From the NCBI RefSeq assembly GCF_006345805.1, contig NC_043002.1, forward strand, positions 88,970,001 to 89,034,000: a DNA stretch of 64,000 nucleotides, read 5' to 3'. Shown here one piece after another: positions 1-13,304 of the stretch (position 1 is the first letter of the stretch; every line of letters starts with the position of its first letter). This DNA is from Octopus sinensis (Eukaryota). Below the pieces are notes generated by a model. It did not search any database, was not told where the DNA came from, and was given only the letters and a program-made list of their open reading frames with translations. The translations under genes and the position numbers were made by a program.

Positions 1-1906
1 AAAATAGTGCAGAGTAAAGCAAATGCATGATTTACTATGTGACTATAATATAACAGACAGGCAATATTAACTATTCAAATTACCACGGTAAAAATGGGTC
101 CACCAAAACATAAGTATTTCAGAAATACCAATGAATGAGGGAGAGAATGGATGTATATAAGATTATGTATTTATTTCTCTTAAAAGAAATAAATAAATAA
201 AAAATTTTAAAAGCCAAGAACTTACTAGATAAAAACAATATCATTATCATCCATCATCACTATCACCACTATTTCTGGTTCAGTAATTATATTTCCAAAC
301 GAGCTTCTCACCAACTATCTTAATTTATCAACAATTTATGAAATGTAAACGAACTTCATTAAGCCAGATCTACCTATCTCAATTCCAGTCTTTTTATGTT
401 CCTGTCTCCATTAGCCACCTGCACAAATATCACTTTTCCACCCAGCTCACAGATCTATCCTCATCACATATCAACATTAATAGAGTCATCACATACCTAC
501 ATACACTAATCAATGCCCAGCTACTTTCTCAGCTTCCCGGGATTCCCATTTCCCAAATTCAGATTTTGCAAGAATATTTAACATTGTAAAGTAAATCCAA
601 GCTGATAGTTGTACTTGTTCTTACATGTTCTAAGAATCTCTTAGAGATTAAAATTAAAACACTATAGGAACAATGGCAATAAGGAATTAAGTTGTAACCT
701 GCTACTACTTCCTATTGCATTTCGGATCTCACTTATAACAACTACCTACCTTCTATATATTTTTCATTTCTCTTTCTCAATTTACAAACCATTTTGAATA
801 TTCTAAGTATTGACTTACAACCAGAAATAAGATGTAACCAAATATAAATGTCCTCAAACAGTTTTACTAAGAAATAACACACTCAAAGTACCTGGTACCA
901 CTAGGTAAATGGAGAACAAGAGTGGGAGGCTAATAGATAAGATAAAGAGTGACTGTGCTGTGTGGGAATAATGGGAATGGAAGTCTAAGGAAACAGGAGG
1001 ATGCAGAGAAGAGGCAAGAAAGAAATTTCAAGATTTTGCTGTAAGAAAATACTTCTAGTACTAACTCTGGATTTTCAAAATTCATCCTTTCAGTATTTAG
1101 AGGAGACCAAGATAATCCAATTTATGTGACATCCCAGCTGGGGGTTAGATTCAGATAACATGGATATCTGCAGTGGTGACTGATAAAACACAAGCAATCA
1201 ATTAAGAAATCTGAGTTGGCAGTTCTATCGGTTAATCTTTATTTCAAACATCCTGCCACACTTAAAAGACAGCAAAAGATTTTTTTTTTTAATCTTACCC
1301 TATCCTTTCATTTTCCTAGCAGACCATCTGTCCTTTACATTATAATGATAGAAAGTAGAGGGTGAAAAAAAATATTCTCCATGTTTACATTTATCTTTCC
1401 AAACAAAGAAAGTGAGATTATTAAAATATCCAAGCTACAATAATAAATCCAGGAATTTGGGGATTACATTACATTATATATAGGTTAATCATTATCACTG
1501 GTTGTTTCTTTCAATAAATTAACTATTTGCTAATTAAGTATATAACATTCGCTGATAGTTCTCCTTAGAGTTGAAATGAAACGAAAGACTTCAGACCAAG
1601 ATGGAACTTTTGGAAAAACAAAAACTTTATGGGTAAATATAAAATATAGTAGAAAAATGCTTAAATGGCAATTCTAATTATATAATAATAACCAAATCAA
1701 TTATGATATAAAATATATATCATTATCATCCAATTGTCATTAGACCATGACCATACTGGAGTACTGATTTGAAGAGTTTATTCAAACAAGTTCCAGGAGC
1801 TTATTCTATCATTCTCTTTTGCTAAACTGGCTAGTTGCAAACGTTAAGAAACCAACACTAGTTGTCAAGTGTGCTGGAGGACAAACACACACCATATATA
1901 TATATA

Positions 1907-2112
1907 TTTATAAAATATGAATTAGAGATAAAACCACTATTATGCAACTGAAACAGTGATAGACATAAACCAATACATAAATAACAAATAATATATATAT
2001 ATATATATATTTATAAAATATGAATTAGAGATAAAACCACTATTATGCAACTCAAACAGTGATAGACATAAACCAATACATAAATAACAAATAATATATA
2101 TATATATATATA
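1907..2112. repeat. Tandem duplication of a ~103-bp unit bounded by (TA)n
   Basis: tttataaaatatgaattagagataaaaccactattatgcaact[g/c]aaacagtgatagacataaaccaatacataaataacaaataat starts at both 1907 and 2010. Confidence 0.9.
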
Positions 2113-2189
2113 TATTATTTTAAATATATAACTTATAACTAGATCTCAAATAGTATAAAATGAATGATAAATATATAATATGGAATTAT

Positions 2190-2590
2190 AGGGATGGTGG
2201 GGTTGGAATGTGTAAGGGTGGGTTAACATTAGAGGGCTGACAGTGATGGGGAGGGTAGAAGGGAGAGGGTGGGTAGGAGCGAGGAGAGGAAGTAGGTGCC
2301 AGAGCAAGAGAGGAGAGGTGCGTGGAAGGAAGTAGGTGTGAGAGGAAGAGAGGAGGAGGGTTAGATGAAGAAGGGAGGAGAGTTGAGCCCATGTGACACA
2401 AAGGAGCAAAGAGAGAAGATTAATCCCTGCTCACGACGAAGACAGGAGTCCAGATGGCCCCTTTGCAAGGACAATCCAAACACAGGTGTTGTAAAGAGTG
2501 ACCAGGAGATGCAGTAGATGACGTTGCTAGAAGTACAGGTGAAGGAGTCAGTGATATGATAGGGTCAATGATGGGTGCCCGTGAGGAGAG
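2190..2590 (-). mobile_element. Penelope-like retroelement fragment (GIY-YIG endonuclease C-terminus, internally deleted, plus pyrimidine-rich 3' region)
   Basis: A minus-strand frame ending at TAA 2361-2363 reads HITDSFTCTSSNVIYCISWS...DSCLRREQGLIFSLCSFVSHGLNSPPFFI*. FTCTSSNVIYCI and REQ.LIF.L....P/H.GLN are typical PLE GIY-YIG motifs. Confidence 0.75.
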
Positions 2591-2609
2591 TGTTATATAT
2601 ATATACGCG

Positions 2610-2640
<31 letters not shown>

Positions 2641-2767
2641 CATCATCGTCGTCATTTAACATCCGCTTTCTCTGCTGGCATGGGTTGGACAGACTGACTG
2701 AGGACTGACAAGCCAGAAGGCTGCAACAGGTTCCAATATATATATGAAAGAAGGTATGAAAGTGCAA

Positions 2768-3140
2768 TTTTAAAGATGTTTATTCACTTGACTGGTTTCA
2801 CTTTTTTAGAAAAAGATTGTCAAAAGTAACATGTAAAGCTTTCTAAAAGCTTTGTTGTGTTAAGTACTTGTTGTCACCGAATATTACAATACATATATAC
2901 ATTTCTTGATACTAATAAGAAAATGTTAAAAACAGTTTACAAGAAAACATACTTTCTTAAGATATTTCCTTGCGAACTGTTTTTAACATTTTCTTATTAT
3001 TATTATCAAAGAATGTATATATGTATTGTAATATTTGGTGACAACCAGTACTTAACACAACAAAGCTTTTACATTTTACTTTTGACAATCTTTTTCTAAA
3101 AGAGTGAAACCAGTCAAGTGAAAAAACACCTTTAAAAATT
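2768..3140. repeat. ~370-bp imperfect palindrome (fold-back element) flanked by (TA)n
   Basis: 2768-2950 is the reverse complement of about 2962-3140 (e.g. ttcacttgactggtttcact / agtgaaaccagtcaagtgaa; aaagctttgttgtgttaagtact / agtacttaacacaacaaagcttt). The centre is near cttaag at 2956. Confidence 0.9.
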
Positions 3141-3162
3141 TCATGCGATTCTTACAATTTCA

Positions 3163-3245
<83 letters not shown>

Positions 3246-3253
3246 TATATATG

Positions 3254-3323
<70 letters not shown>

Positions 3324-3343
3324 CACACATATATATGTATGTG

Positions 3344-3379
<36 letters not shown>

Positions 3380-3389
3380 TATATATATG

Positions 3390-3435
<46 letters not shown>

Positions 3436-3753
3436 AAACTAGTGGGCTTCTACAGTTTCTATTTACCAAATCCACTCCCTTATGAGTAAATGCACTTACT
3501 TTGTCACAAGGTATTGGATGGCACAGAGATATGGTATAAGACACTTGCTCAAAGTACCATGCAGTGGGAGTGAACCTGAAACCACATGGTTCACAACCTT
3601 CTTAGCCACACACCTGTGTGTGTGTGTGTGTGCGTGCGTGTGTGTACATACATTCACTCACAGAGGTGCCGGCATAGCTATGTTGTGTGTGTGTGTATAT
3701 ATATATATTGATAAAAATGGTAAGACAACAAAAGGGCATTTTTCCAATGGCCG

Positions 3754-3814
3754 GATAACTGAAGAGATGGCGGCGTGGATTTCCACCTCGGCATCCGAAA
3801 CTCGGAGTTTTATC
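3754..3814 (+). ncRNA. Type I hammerhead ribozyme fold (Penelope-type pLTR remnant)
   Basis: Stem I GATAA(3754-58)/TTATC(3810-14); core CTGAAGA(3759-65); stem II GATG..GTGGA/TCCAC..CATC; GAAA(3797-3800); short stem III ACTC-G-GAGT; cleavage triplet GUU. Stem II has an extra C and mismatches. Confidence 0.65.
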
Positions 3815-4488
3815 ATGGCTACCGAATAATTGTCACCTATTACATTTACAGATATATATATATCAAATCATTGCAATGATCTGTTATGATGCAAATAATG
3901 CAATATGTTAAAACATGGCCTGTACATGTTTATAAGTATTGATTACTTAATTTATGGCAGACAACATTAAAAACATTAGCATAAAATAACCTTTAAAGAA
4001 TTTAAAGAGGAATTGGTAAATTAATAATTGTTTTAAAAAATTCCATAGCTAGTTATTGAATTTTTCTTAGACATAACCATTGACCAATTTCAAAGAAAAC
4101 TAGTTATAAAAATATTGTAATCATCATCAAAGCTTTAATGTCCATGTTTCCATTGGTCAGAAGAAATTAGTTGAGACAGATTTTCTACTGTCAGATGTTC
4201 TTCCTATTGCCGACCTTCATCAGTATCCAAGCAAGTTAACATTAACCCTAATTCTTCAAACAAGAACAGCACAATAGTTAGACATGTTTTCACAGAAGAT
4301 TGTAATGAACAACACAATGGCAGTCATGGTTGTTTATCTCTTTACACACACACACACATACAGAGTCAATGGGCTACTTTCAGTTTCTGACCACCAAATT
4401 CACTTGCCCAAGAGGCCACACAGAGGGACTGAACCTGAGACAATGTAATCGCAAAGTAAACTATATACACACACACACACACACACAC

Positions 4489-4567
<79 letters not shown>

Positions 4568-5860
4568 TATATATCAAGGCAGTAGACTACACTTTACAAT
4601 ACAAGTTGACAAAAACATTAAACTTGGCAAACAAACAAGTCTGGAGCAAACAAGTTGATTATAAAATCACTTTCTGTTTTTACACGGTCAATAAATTATA
4701 TCAATAAAGAAGCAGAGTAAATCATTATTGATAAATTGACAAATATACAAATTTCACTTAAAATATACTTGATCCCATGATGAAAGGGAAAATGTTTTAT
4801 ACTAACAAACCAATTACCCTCATTACAGCTGAACCAGTATGACAAAAGGTTTTTTAGCAAAAGAACCAGAGAGAAATGGTTGTCATATAACTGAAGTGTT
4901 AAAATTATTGCTACTATAATGGCCTCTGTTCCTTGGAGCTGATTGGTCTCATATAACTCACTTATGTCTTCACATCTCATCCCAACTGTGTCTGACCTCA
5001 CCCACCCAGCTCCTCACTAACCACTATGCTGTCTTTTCTCCACAGATCATCAGTCCGCTAAAATCTTATTCCTGCCAACGCTCTCTTGCCATTATTGACC
5101 AGCAAAAATTCAAATCAGTCATGGGCAACTTGTGGCTCATGAGAGTTTCTCAATGGCATATCTAATGAAAAATTTCTTCCGATAATTTTAGTAGTGTGGC
5201 CTGCTTAATGTGAGCCATGTCACATGCAGCCCTCTCCCCAAAAAGGGGGATTCACAGGCATATGAAGGTCATGAACACTACCATTCTTCCAGACTCAACA
5301 AGTAAAACAGAAAAATAAAATAAGCAGTCATAAACAACAGATGTTCACAAAGCTTGCTTCACATAATATTATTTGGGTTCAATTTATAGGGGTTGTTAAA
5401 AGAAAAGAAGAAAAAAAACTATTTAGAAATTAATGCAAATTTATGAAATTTGATCACTTAACAATCAATATCAATTATTATTTTTTCACTAGACATAGGA
5501 CCAATTTTTTTAAAAGGAAGAATGTGGCTGATTAGATCAACTCCAGTATATTCTGGCATTTATTTTATTGGCTCACAAAGAGATGAAAGTCAAAGTTAAT
5601 ACTAATGAACTTTGAACATCATAATTAATAAATTCATATTTAGTTTAGTACTCATCAAATTCTTCCAATAATTACTTTCTCTTGAAAATGAATATTAGTT
5701 GAAATAACAACCAATAAACGACATATATGTATAGCTATGAAGAAGCATCATAACCACCATGATTTCAGTTTCCATTGTTCAATACTTAATACATTTTCTT
5801 CATTGGCTGTCAGACAATTTTAGAGATATAGTTCTCAATAACGAAATCCAATTCATTATA

Positions 5861-6335
5861 TATTTCTTTATTGCCCACAAGGGGCTAAACATAGAGAGGA
5901 CAAACAAGGACAGACAAAGGGATTAAGTCGATTACATCGACCCCAGTGCGTAACTGGTACTTAATTTATCAACCCCAAAAGGATGAAAGGTAAAGTCGAC
6001 CTCGGCAGAATTTGAACTCACAACGTAACGGCAGACAAAATACAGCTACGCATTTCGCCCGGCGTGCTAACATATCTGCCAGCTCGCCGCCTTTAAAATA
6101 CCTATTTCTTTACTACCCACAAGGGGCTAAACACAGAGAGGACAAACAAGGACAGACAAACGGATTAAGTCGATTATATTGACCTCAGTGCGTAACTGGT
6201 ACTTGTTTAATCGACCCCGAAAGGATGAAAGGCAAAGCCGACCTCGGCGGAATTTGAACTCAGAACGTAACAGCAGACGAAATATGGCTATGCATTTCGC
6301 CCGGCGTGCTAACGTTTCTGCCAGCTCACCGCCTT
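5861..6335 (-). mobile_element. Head-to-tail dimer of SINE family B (two ~230-bp copies)
   Basis: Two near-identical units, 5861-6093 and 6104-6335. The minus strand starts aaggcggcgagctggcaga... and has a B-box-like gagttcaaattcc. A similar motif flanks the pair (atccaattcattata / atccaaatacattata). Confidence 0.85.
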
Positions 6336-7248
6336 TATCCAAATACATTATAATTAACGATTTTGATAACAGACTTGACAGCAACACAATAAGTGAAGGG
6401 AAGTACATAATGATGCTAAATTCTTGGTCCATGAATAACAAACTTACATTTCACTTTTTTTACTCCAAATATCTATGATTTCTAGCCATAGCAATTTGAA
6501 AGGAGACCAGTCCCATCAGGTTAATTTGTCTTTGATAGACATGAAGATGAAGCCTTTAAATGGTAAGCCTACAATCTGTTAAGATTACAGAATGTCTTTA
6601 TTTACCCAGGTGCAAAAACGCTTACTCCTGGAAATATTAATTTGCATATACATCCAGTTGAAAAAGGTGAAAAAAAGTTGAAAAAGTTATCAATATGAAA
6701 ACAAATGTAGAAAGTTAATTCCAACTCAAACAGAACACAAATGCAGCAGGTTGCATGTTTTCAACACAACATAGCAACCATATGTAAACAAGTACAGACA
6801 TACATCAATATTAAAGTATAAATAACAAAGGTTTGAGAACTGGGATTTTCTAAAAAAAAAAAAAAATAAATAAAATAAAAAAGTCAATCAATATGCCGAT
6901 CGATATGTTAGTGGGGGGTATCTTAGAGTGGCTAAGTAGAAAATACATCAATCAATAAATCACTTTATATTATGGAGAGACAATTCAAAAACAACCAATT
7001 TGAAAAATGTTTCTTTTATTAACTCCAGTAGGGGGTGCACTGAGCAGACGGTAGTTAATGAGATGAGACAGATATTGGGAAGAAGAGAGTTCAAAAAAAT
7101 GAATTCAGAGAGCTAGAATAGTCTCTAAATTAGTTTTATCATTTGGTTCAATGTTACATAAGGCAATAGAAGCAAGCACTCACCCACAAATAGCAATGTA
7201 AGTAAGTGAAAGACAATGCTGGTAAAATTATAATATTGTTGGTAATTA

Positions 7249-7626
7249 CTCTTTACTCTTTTACTTGTTTCAGTCATGTGACTGTGGCCATGCTGGAGCA
7301 CCACCTTTTGTCAAGCAAATCGTCCCCAGGACTTATTCTTTGGAAGCCTAGTACTTATTCTATCGGTCTCTTTGCCAAACCACTAAGTTACGGGGACGTA
7401 ATCACACCAGCATTGGTTGTCAAGCGATGTTGAGGGGACAAACACAGATACACAACACACATACATATACATATATATATATATATGCATACATATACGA
7501 CGGGCTGCTTTCAGTTTCCATCTACCAAATCCACCCACAAAACTTTGGTCAGCCCAAGGCTATAGTAGAAGACACTTGCCCAAGGTGCCACGCAGTGGGA
7601 CTGAACCCGGAACCATGTGGTTGGTA
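7249..7626 (-). mobile_element. tRNA-derived SINE family A copy (5' end clipped)
   Basis: Reverse complement of the 16553 and 62056 copies, with an internal (CA/TA)n tract. Confidence 0.9.
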
Positions 7627-9744
7627 ATTGTTTTAAAAAAATAACAAAAGCTTTTATTCTGCAATAAATATAATTGTATAGGTGTTAACTTTGAGAGCAG
7701 ATCTGATCAGACTTTGCAGATAAATGCTCCATTTATAAAACTGGTAAATAATGACTAGTTACTTAGAATGGCTACATATGAATAGTTGAAAGGAAATAAG
7801 GTATTTCTGAGCATATAAGACATATCACAATTTTGGCAGGCCTAACCTGGTGGGTGGGGATGAAGCTAACCCTGAATCCTCAAGTGCAAAATGGGTTTCT
7901 TTTTAATCTTTTAGCCAGGTAAGAAGGTATTGCCCATGATCCTTAACAGGGTCTCTAAGACTGGTGAGAGGGAAGGAGAAAGGGAGAAAATTACCCTCAA
8001 GCTGGAGACCTGGCCTGAATGCTTGCATCAGAGTGGACTCCACTAAAGATACCCAAAGTACAAGGTGGTGACGTTAAAATGGGCAAAAGATCAAGTCTAC
8101 CACCCAAGTAGGTTATATGGGATTTGAACTCAGAACAAGAGTTGGAACAAATAGTGCTAGGCATCCTGCTCTGACAACCCACTGCCCTGGATTAATGGGG
8201 TTAATTTCTTGTTACTTTTTTGCTGCTTTTTTGTCGGTTTTGCCTTTTTCCTGACACCATAAGGATGTAAAGCAAAGCTGACTATAGCAGGATTTGAACA
8301 CAGAGCACACGGAAAGTTGAAACAAATACCTCAAGGCATTCTATCCAATGTTCTAATGACTGAACATTTTATCAAGCACTCCACTGTTTCAAGCAATCCT
8401 ACTACCCAATAAAAAAAATTGAAATTGATAATATCATCATCCCACAGGCACTAACTTTTACTTTTATATCCTTAATCAACAGCTTTATTTCAATAAGATG
8501 AAAATATAAATTCCTATTTCTTTTTCTCTGTAGATAGTTTTCATAAAAGACCACAACAGATTTAACTGCAATCTAAACCACTAATATGTAGAAAGAGTGA
8601 GCAATGAACATCACAAATGAGTGGTAAAAGCACAACACGGTACATAGAGTGACTTACAGCACAATACAATACTGCAGAGCACAGAGCAGTATAACAAAAG
8701 GCTGTACAGAACTGGCCAGCAAAAATCAAGAGTAAAACACTTCAAAAAAGTTAGAATGTCAGAATCTCATTTAGAAAGTTAAGAAATAAGAAGTTCTTTT
8801 AGACTGCCAAAAAAGAAGCAAGACATAAGGACACATTGCCAGTATATGTTGTGGCCACCAACAAAACATATCAGCCTAACGCAAGCAAATCATAGAAAGC
8901 TAACAAGGAAGCCTCTACAAGGTTACTCATCATGTTAGATGTAGTAACCTTATTCTCCTTTGGATCATTTCTTTCTTAAAAAACTAAATTGACACGTTTA
9001 ATATTGTAGTATTATCTATAATATATCTGATAAAAAGTTGAGATAGTCACAGCAAGAACATCTGGTCAGAAGCCAGCTCAAACAGAACTAGCCTAGGGCT
9101 AAACAACACAACAGAAAAACCAATAAGAGAATCTCAATTTAGTCAGTTGAGCTGTTAACAACCAAAAACCCCTCGACTCACACCCTGCAAAGGAGACGCA
9201 GATGTTGTAGTCCTAAGTGCACAATGCTTGACAGAAAGGCAGGAGAGTCATGACTAGAAAGCTTTTGTTCATAAGTCTGTTTAATCAGAGTTGATCTGAG
9301 GCTAAACAACAACAGGCTCGACAATATAGAAAATCTAATATACCCAGACTGCCACCTTACACCCTATTTGACAAACCAGTGCATGTGAGACTGTATAGTA
9401 CAGTCTTGAACTAGACAGTGGCATGATGTATTGAGAGCACTGGATCTCTACATTGCAACCAGTTATTCAACTTCTAACATGTCATTTGCCTACTTGATAA
9501 AGATGACAAGAGAAACTCAACAACAACTAGGCCGCAGTATTTCAGTACACGATGTTGTTGTTTTTTTTTTATTGATTTTTGTTAAGGTGTACTGTAAGCT
9601 TTATTTTCACTTTGACCTCAAAGATGAAGTATTTTTACTTTCAAATACTTTTGAAGTTTTTATACATTAGCCACCATAACAGCTACATTGTGTTATGGGT
9701 GCTCTTCTGTGGGTGGAATTGTAATGAGGGAGCTATAGTTAAGT

Positions 9745-10150
9745 TAATTTTTTGGCTCAAAAAGCAAAAAGCAAGGCCATGTAGGGGGACAGGGAGTTAT
9801 GTACAGAGAGGGTGATCATACAAAGAGTTCAGGCCATTTCTGGTCAAGAGAGACTTTGAACCGAGCGGTCGTCGGCATCTTCACTATCTCGTCCGGCAGC
9901 TTATTCCACGGATCCACAACCTGGACGGAGAAAGCCCCTCTCCTTCGAATGAGATGAAATCGTCACAGATAGAGCTTTTCGGAGTGACCCCGCAGCCGAC
10001 GCTCTGGAGCAGGAGTGAAGAACAGCTCTTTCGAGAGGTTACACTTTCCGCTTATGATGTTGTGAGCAAGAATGAGATCACCACAGCATCATCGTTTTTC
10101 TAGAGAATAAAGGTCGAGCGTCTTCAGCCTTTCTTCATAAGACAAATGCT
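9745..10150 (-). mobile_element. CR1-clade LINE 3' fragment (ORF2 C-terminus and 3' UTR)
   Basis: The minus strand reads KHLSYEERLKTLDLYSLEKR*..GDLILAHNIISGK...RRLRGHSEKL...FSVQVVDPWNKLPDEIV...FKVSLDQKW. These are canonical CR1/L2 ORF2 tail motifs with in-frame stops. Confidence 0.85.
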
Positions 10151-12199
10151 TACAACACAGCATGTATTGGACATTTTTTTTTATTAATTTGCTGGAGCCT
10201 ATCTCCTCCAGGTCAGACCATAGCCAATTTCTTTGAGAGAGTGAGGGAGACAGAGAGAAATCCACTTCAGTATAAGACTGGTAATTTTTTTGTAATAAAT
10301 TATTGTAATTTAATTGTAATAACTAATTCGCTACCAGAACTATAACAGCCAAGACATAGATTGGAATATTTTTGTTTGTATATTAGCAGTAGCTCATGAA
10401 TTTTATTAAAACATCCACACAATTGACTAATCCTAGATCTTTGATCTGTTAAATGCTGTCTCCCAAATTTATCCCACAACATTTCAAACACATTTTGGCA
10501 ATTTTTTTTTTTGTAATAAAGTGATATTTTCTAAAGTTATACTGTTGTAATTTTTTAAATCTATATTATGTTTTGGCACCAGGAACAAGTTTTCTGAGTA
10601 CTAAAATTTTTGTGTTGAATGGCAGTAAATGTAAAACTGTAAAAATAATATATTGCCAGATAATAATAGCTGGACTACGTATTGCTCCTAGAGACCTCGA
10701 CAGAACTGGAAAAGATATGATGCAAAAAGTTTATTAAACTTCCTTTTAAGACTCAAAGGAATTTTATTTATCAAGTTAGAAAAAAATGTAAGACAGACTG
10801 AAAATATCCTGAAATCAATCTATTAGTCATGGAATAAATATTTACATCATACACAGACAATAGATACTTAGTCAAATTACCTGTTATCTTATGCATTGTC
10901 AATGTGTGATTACGAAATCTGGCGCCTATTCTCTTCAACTAAGTGAACTGGAGCAATGTAGATTAAATTATTCAATCTATGCTATCAACTCAGCCAACTT
11001 ACAGCCAAAACACGAGACCTCACTGCAACTTGCAGCTTGGATAGGTGCACCAAATATCCTATTTCATAGGATAGGTGCACCAAATATCCTATTTCATTAT
11101 CACTTTCCAAGTTCATCAGTAGTTGCAGCCCCACTACTACTACTACTACTCGATTCTCTATCAGAGACTAAGCCGTAGTTTTGAAAGGACGTCCATAGTT
11201 CATCCGTTCCCAGATGATTCAATATTTTTCATGCTTTTATATATTTGATAATTAAAGACAGTCTTCAAAGCGACATCATCTGGCTAATATACACTCCTAT
11301 TGTGATAAAACACCAATTATTACAGACAATCCCTATGCTGCCAGTAATTACTATCAAAGTATACATATGTATGCACTCCACAAATAGAATTTAATACTGG
11401 AAGTGTTGACAGAAATCAAATATTTGTATTGACCATAATTTTCGTATTTTGCATTAGGTATACTCTTTAAATGTTTTATACTCAATGACATGTAATAATG
11501 TTTTTGCTTCAGATTAATCCTAATTTTTGTCAGGGCTAATTTCAAATTATTAGTATGAGTCAGAAAATAATTTAAATGCCATTGAAGAAAGGTATGTAAA
11601 AAGTATAAATTAATAAAATATTCTTGATTTTATCTAATTTAGGTAGCTATTGTTATAAACAACACTGATATAATGTATTAGAAATTGTATTGTCTTCCAA
11701 AGTATATGCACACATCCAGTAGAAGACCCAAATTCAATGAATATGAGTACCCAGCATATAACTTTGTAATTTAGATAATTTATTGTATAAAATCTTATGT
11801 GAACTACCACATGTTTTTACTCAAAACTGAGTGACTCAAGTAGTTTGACACAAAACTAACTTACAAGAAACTGATTGATTTGCAGTGAACTTCAATTATT
11901 TCCAATAGAATGATCAACTGGGAAAATGGAAAGTTCCTGGTAACACAATCCTTACAACCACACAGGACATATCTCTTACTAGCACAGTTTCAGGACATTC
12001 CTTACTACCTCACTTTCAGGAAATCCCATCTTTATAATTACTTGCTCATTAAATTCCATGCAGAATTTCCAATCAAATTTGTAATTGTTACCTAGATGTA
12101 GTTTGGACATAGCATGGAAGAGAGCTGTTCCCAGATGAAGTTCCCAAATGAAGTTCACTTTTGATTAGTTTAAATGTTAATAATTGTTGAAGGAAACTT

Positions 12200-13031
12200 C
12201 ATTGCCATGTCAGTAAGTTTAGTTTGTGGGATAAGAAGGTTACCTTACTGCTCAGTTTCTTATTAGACTTCTTAAGCCATCCAATAATAATTGCAAACAG
12301 GTAAATAATCTCTCCAAGTTAAAAATCATCAATTTACCCCTATTTTTCCATGTTTGTGCAGGTCTTCACTAGTATAGTATTTTGCAACTAATTGAAGTCC
12401 TTTGTCATCTCTTTCAGGATGTTCAACATCCTGAGATCAACTTTCATTACTTTTCCCAAATCATCTTTGGTCGTCCTTTTCTGCAGAGTTTTTCTACTTG
12501 AAACACTAGATACTTTCTTACCTGCTGCACTCATTGTGACCTCTCACTTTGCAGACAGTATCTCTGTACACAGCTTGCACAAATTTCACCAACACCTAGT
12601 TTTCTAAATGACTATCGTACAACAGAGATGAACCTTAACAAAGGTCTTCTCCAAATCAAGGTTTACTCTGTATATGTCTGACTAAGAAGAAGGCTTCAGT
12701 TCTACTCCATCCTAACACAAACTCAAAATGCATTTCATCTAAGCTAATTCTTTCTGCTACTTTCATAATCTGGTCCATCAGTATGATGCTTCTGTAGTTG
12801 CTTCCTTCTAAAGCAACTACAAAAGAGTATTTTTGCTCTTATAGCAGTTGATGATATTACAATGCCAGTCACTGGAGATAATACCTTCCTATACTCTCCA
12901 ATTGATTTATACAAGTTACTAATACCTATTAAATATCTTACTTTGCCAGATATTTTCAATATCTCAGCAATTATCCTTGATGACGCAGTTGTTCTCTTTG
13001 ACTTTGTTTCTTTAAAAATACATTCAACCAT
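12200..13031 (-). mobile_element. Degenerate RTE-like LINE reverse transcriptase fragment
   Basis: Frameshifted motifs on the minus strand: IIAEILKISG, NYRSIILMDQIMKVAERI, STEAFFLVRHIQSK. Confidence 0.65.
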
Positions 13032-13217
13032 ATTACTATATGGCTATTAACTAGAAAAGCTTGTCCCTCTGTTGGGTCCACTTGCGTAGTGGACCCAACA
13101 ATAATAATAAGAAATTGTCTATACTAAATAGAGAAAAGGAAAATTATTGTTTGGTTAATCAAAGTAAGAGAAAAAAAAGTGATATTTATCAGTTTTAAGA
13201 TTAAAATTGTTACTTAC

Positions 13218-13304
13218 CATTGCATAACATCTTCTTTCACTGTCTGTTTCTAAATTTAATAATTCTTCTAAATCTAACTTTGAGTCATATTCTTCAGAAT
13301 CATC
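13218..13304 (-). CDS. Internal coding exon of a probable PPP1R14 (CPI-17/PHI-1/KEPI) protein phosphatase 1 inhibitor family gene
   Basis: The minus strand reads polypyrimidine tract ttttctttttattcag|GATGAT...GCAATG|gtaagta. It is 87 bp, phase 0/0, and open: DDSEEYDSKLDLEELLNLETDSERRCYAM. This resembles the roughly 28-aa exon-2 peptide of vertebrate PPP1R14 proteins (EEE.PE.EID.DELLD.ESD..R), with the same splice phases. The other exons were not found in the window. Confidence 0.75.

Noticed and set aside
11039-11097. 30-bp tandem duplication (ggataggtgcaccaaatatcctatttcat x2)
   Set aside because: A simple slippage duplication with no evidence of function.
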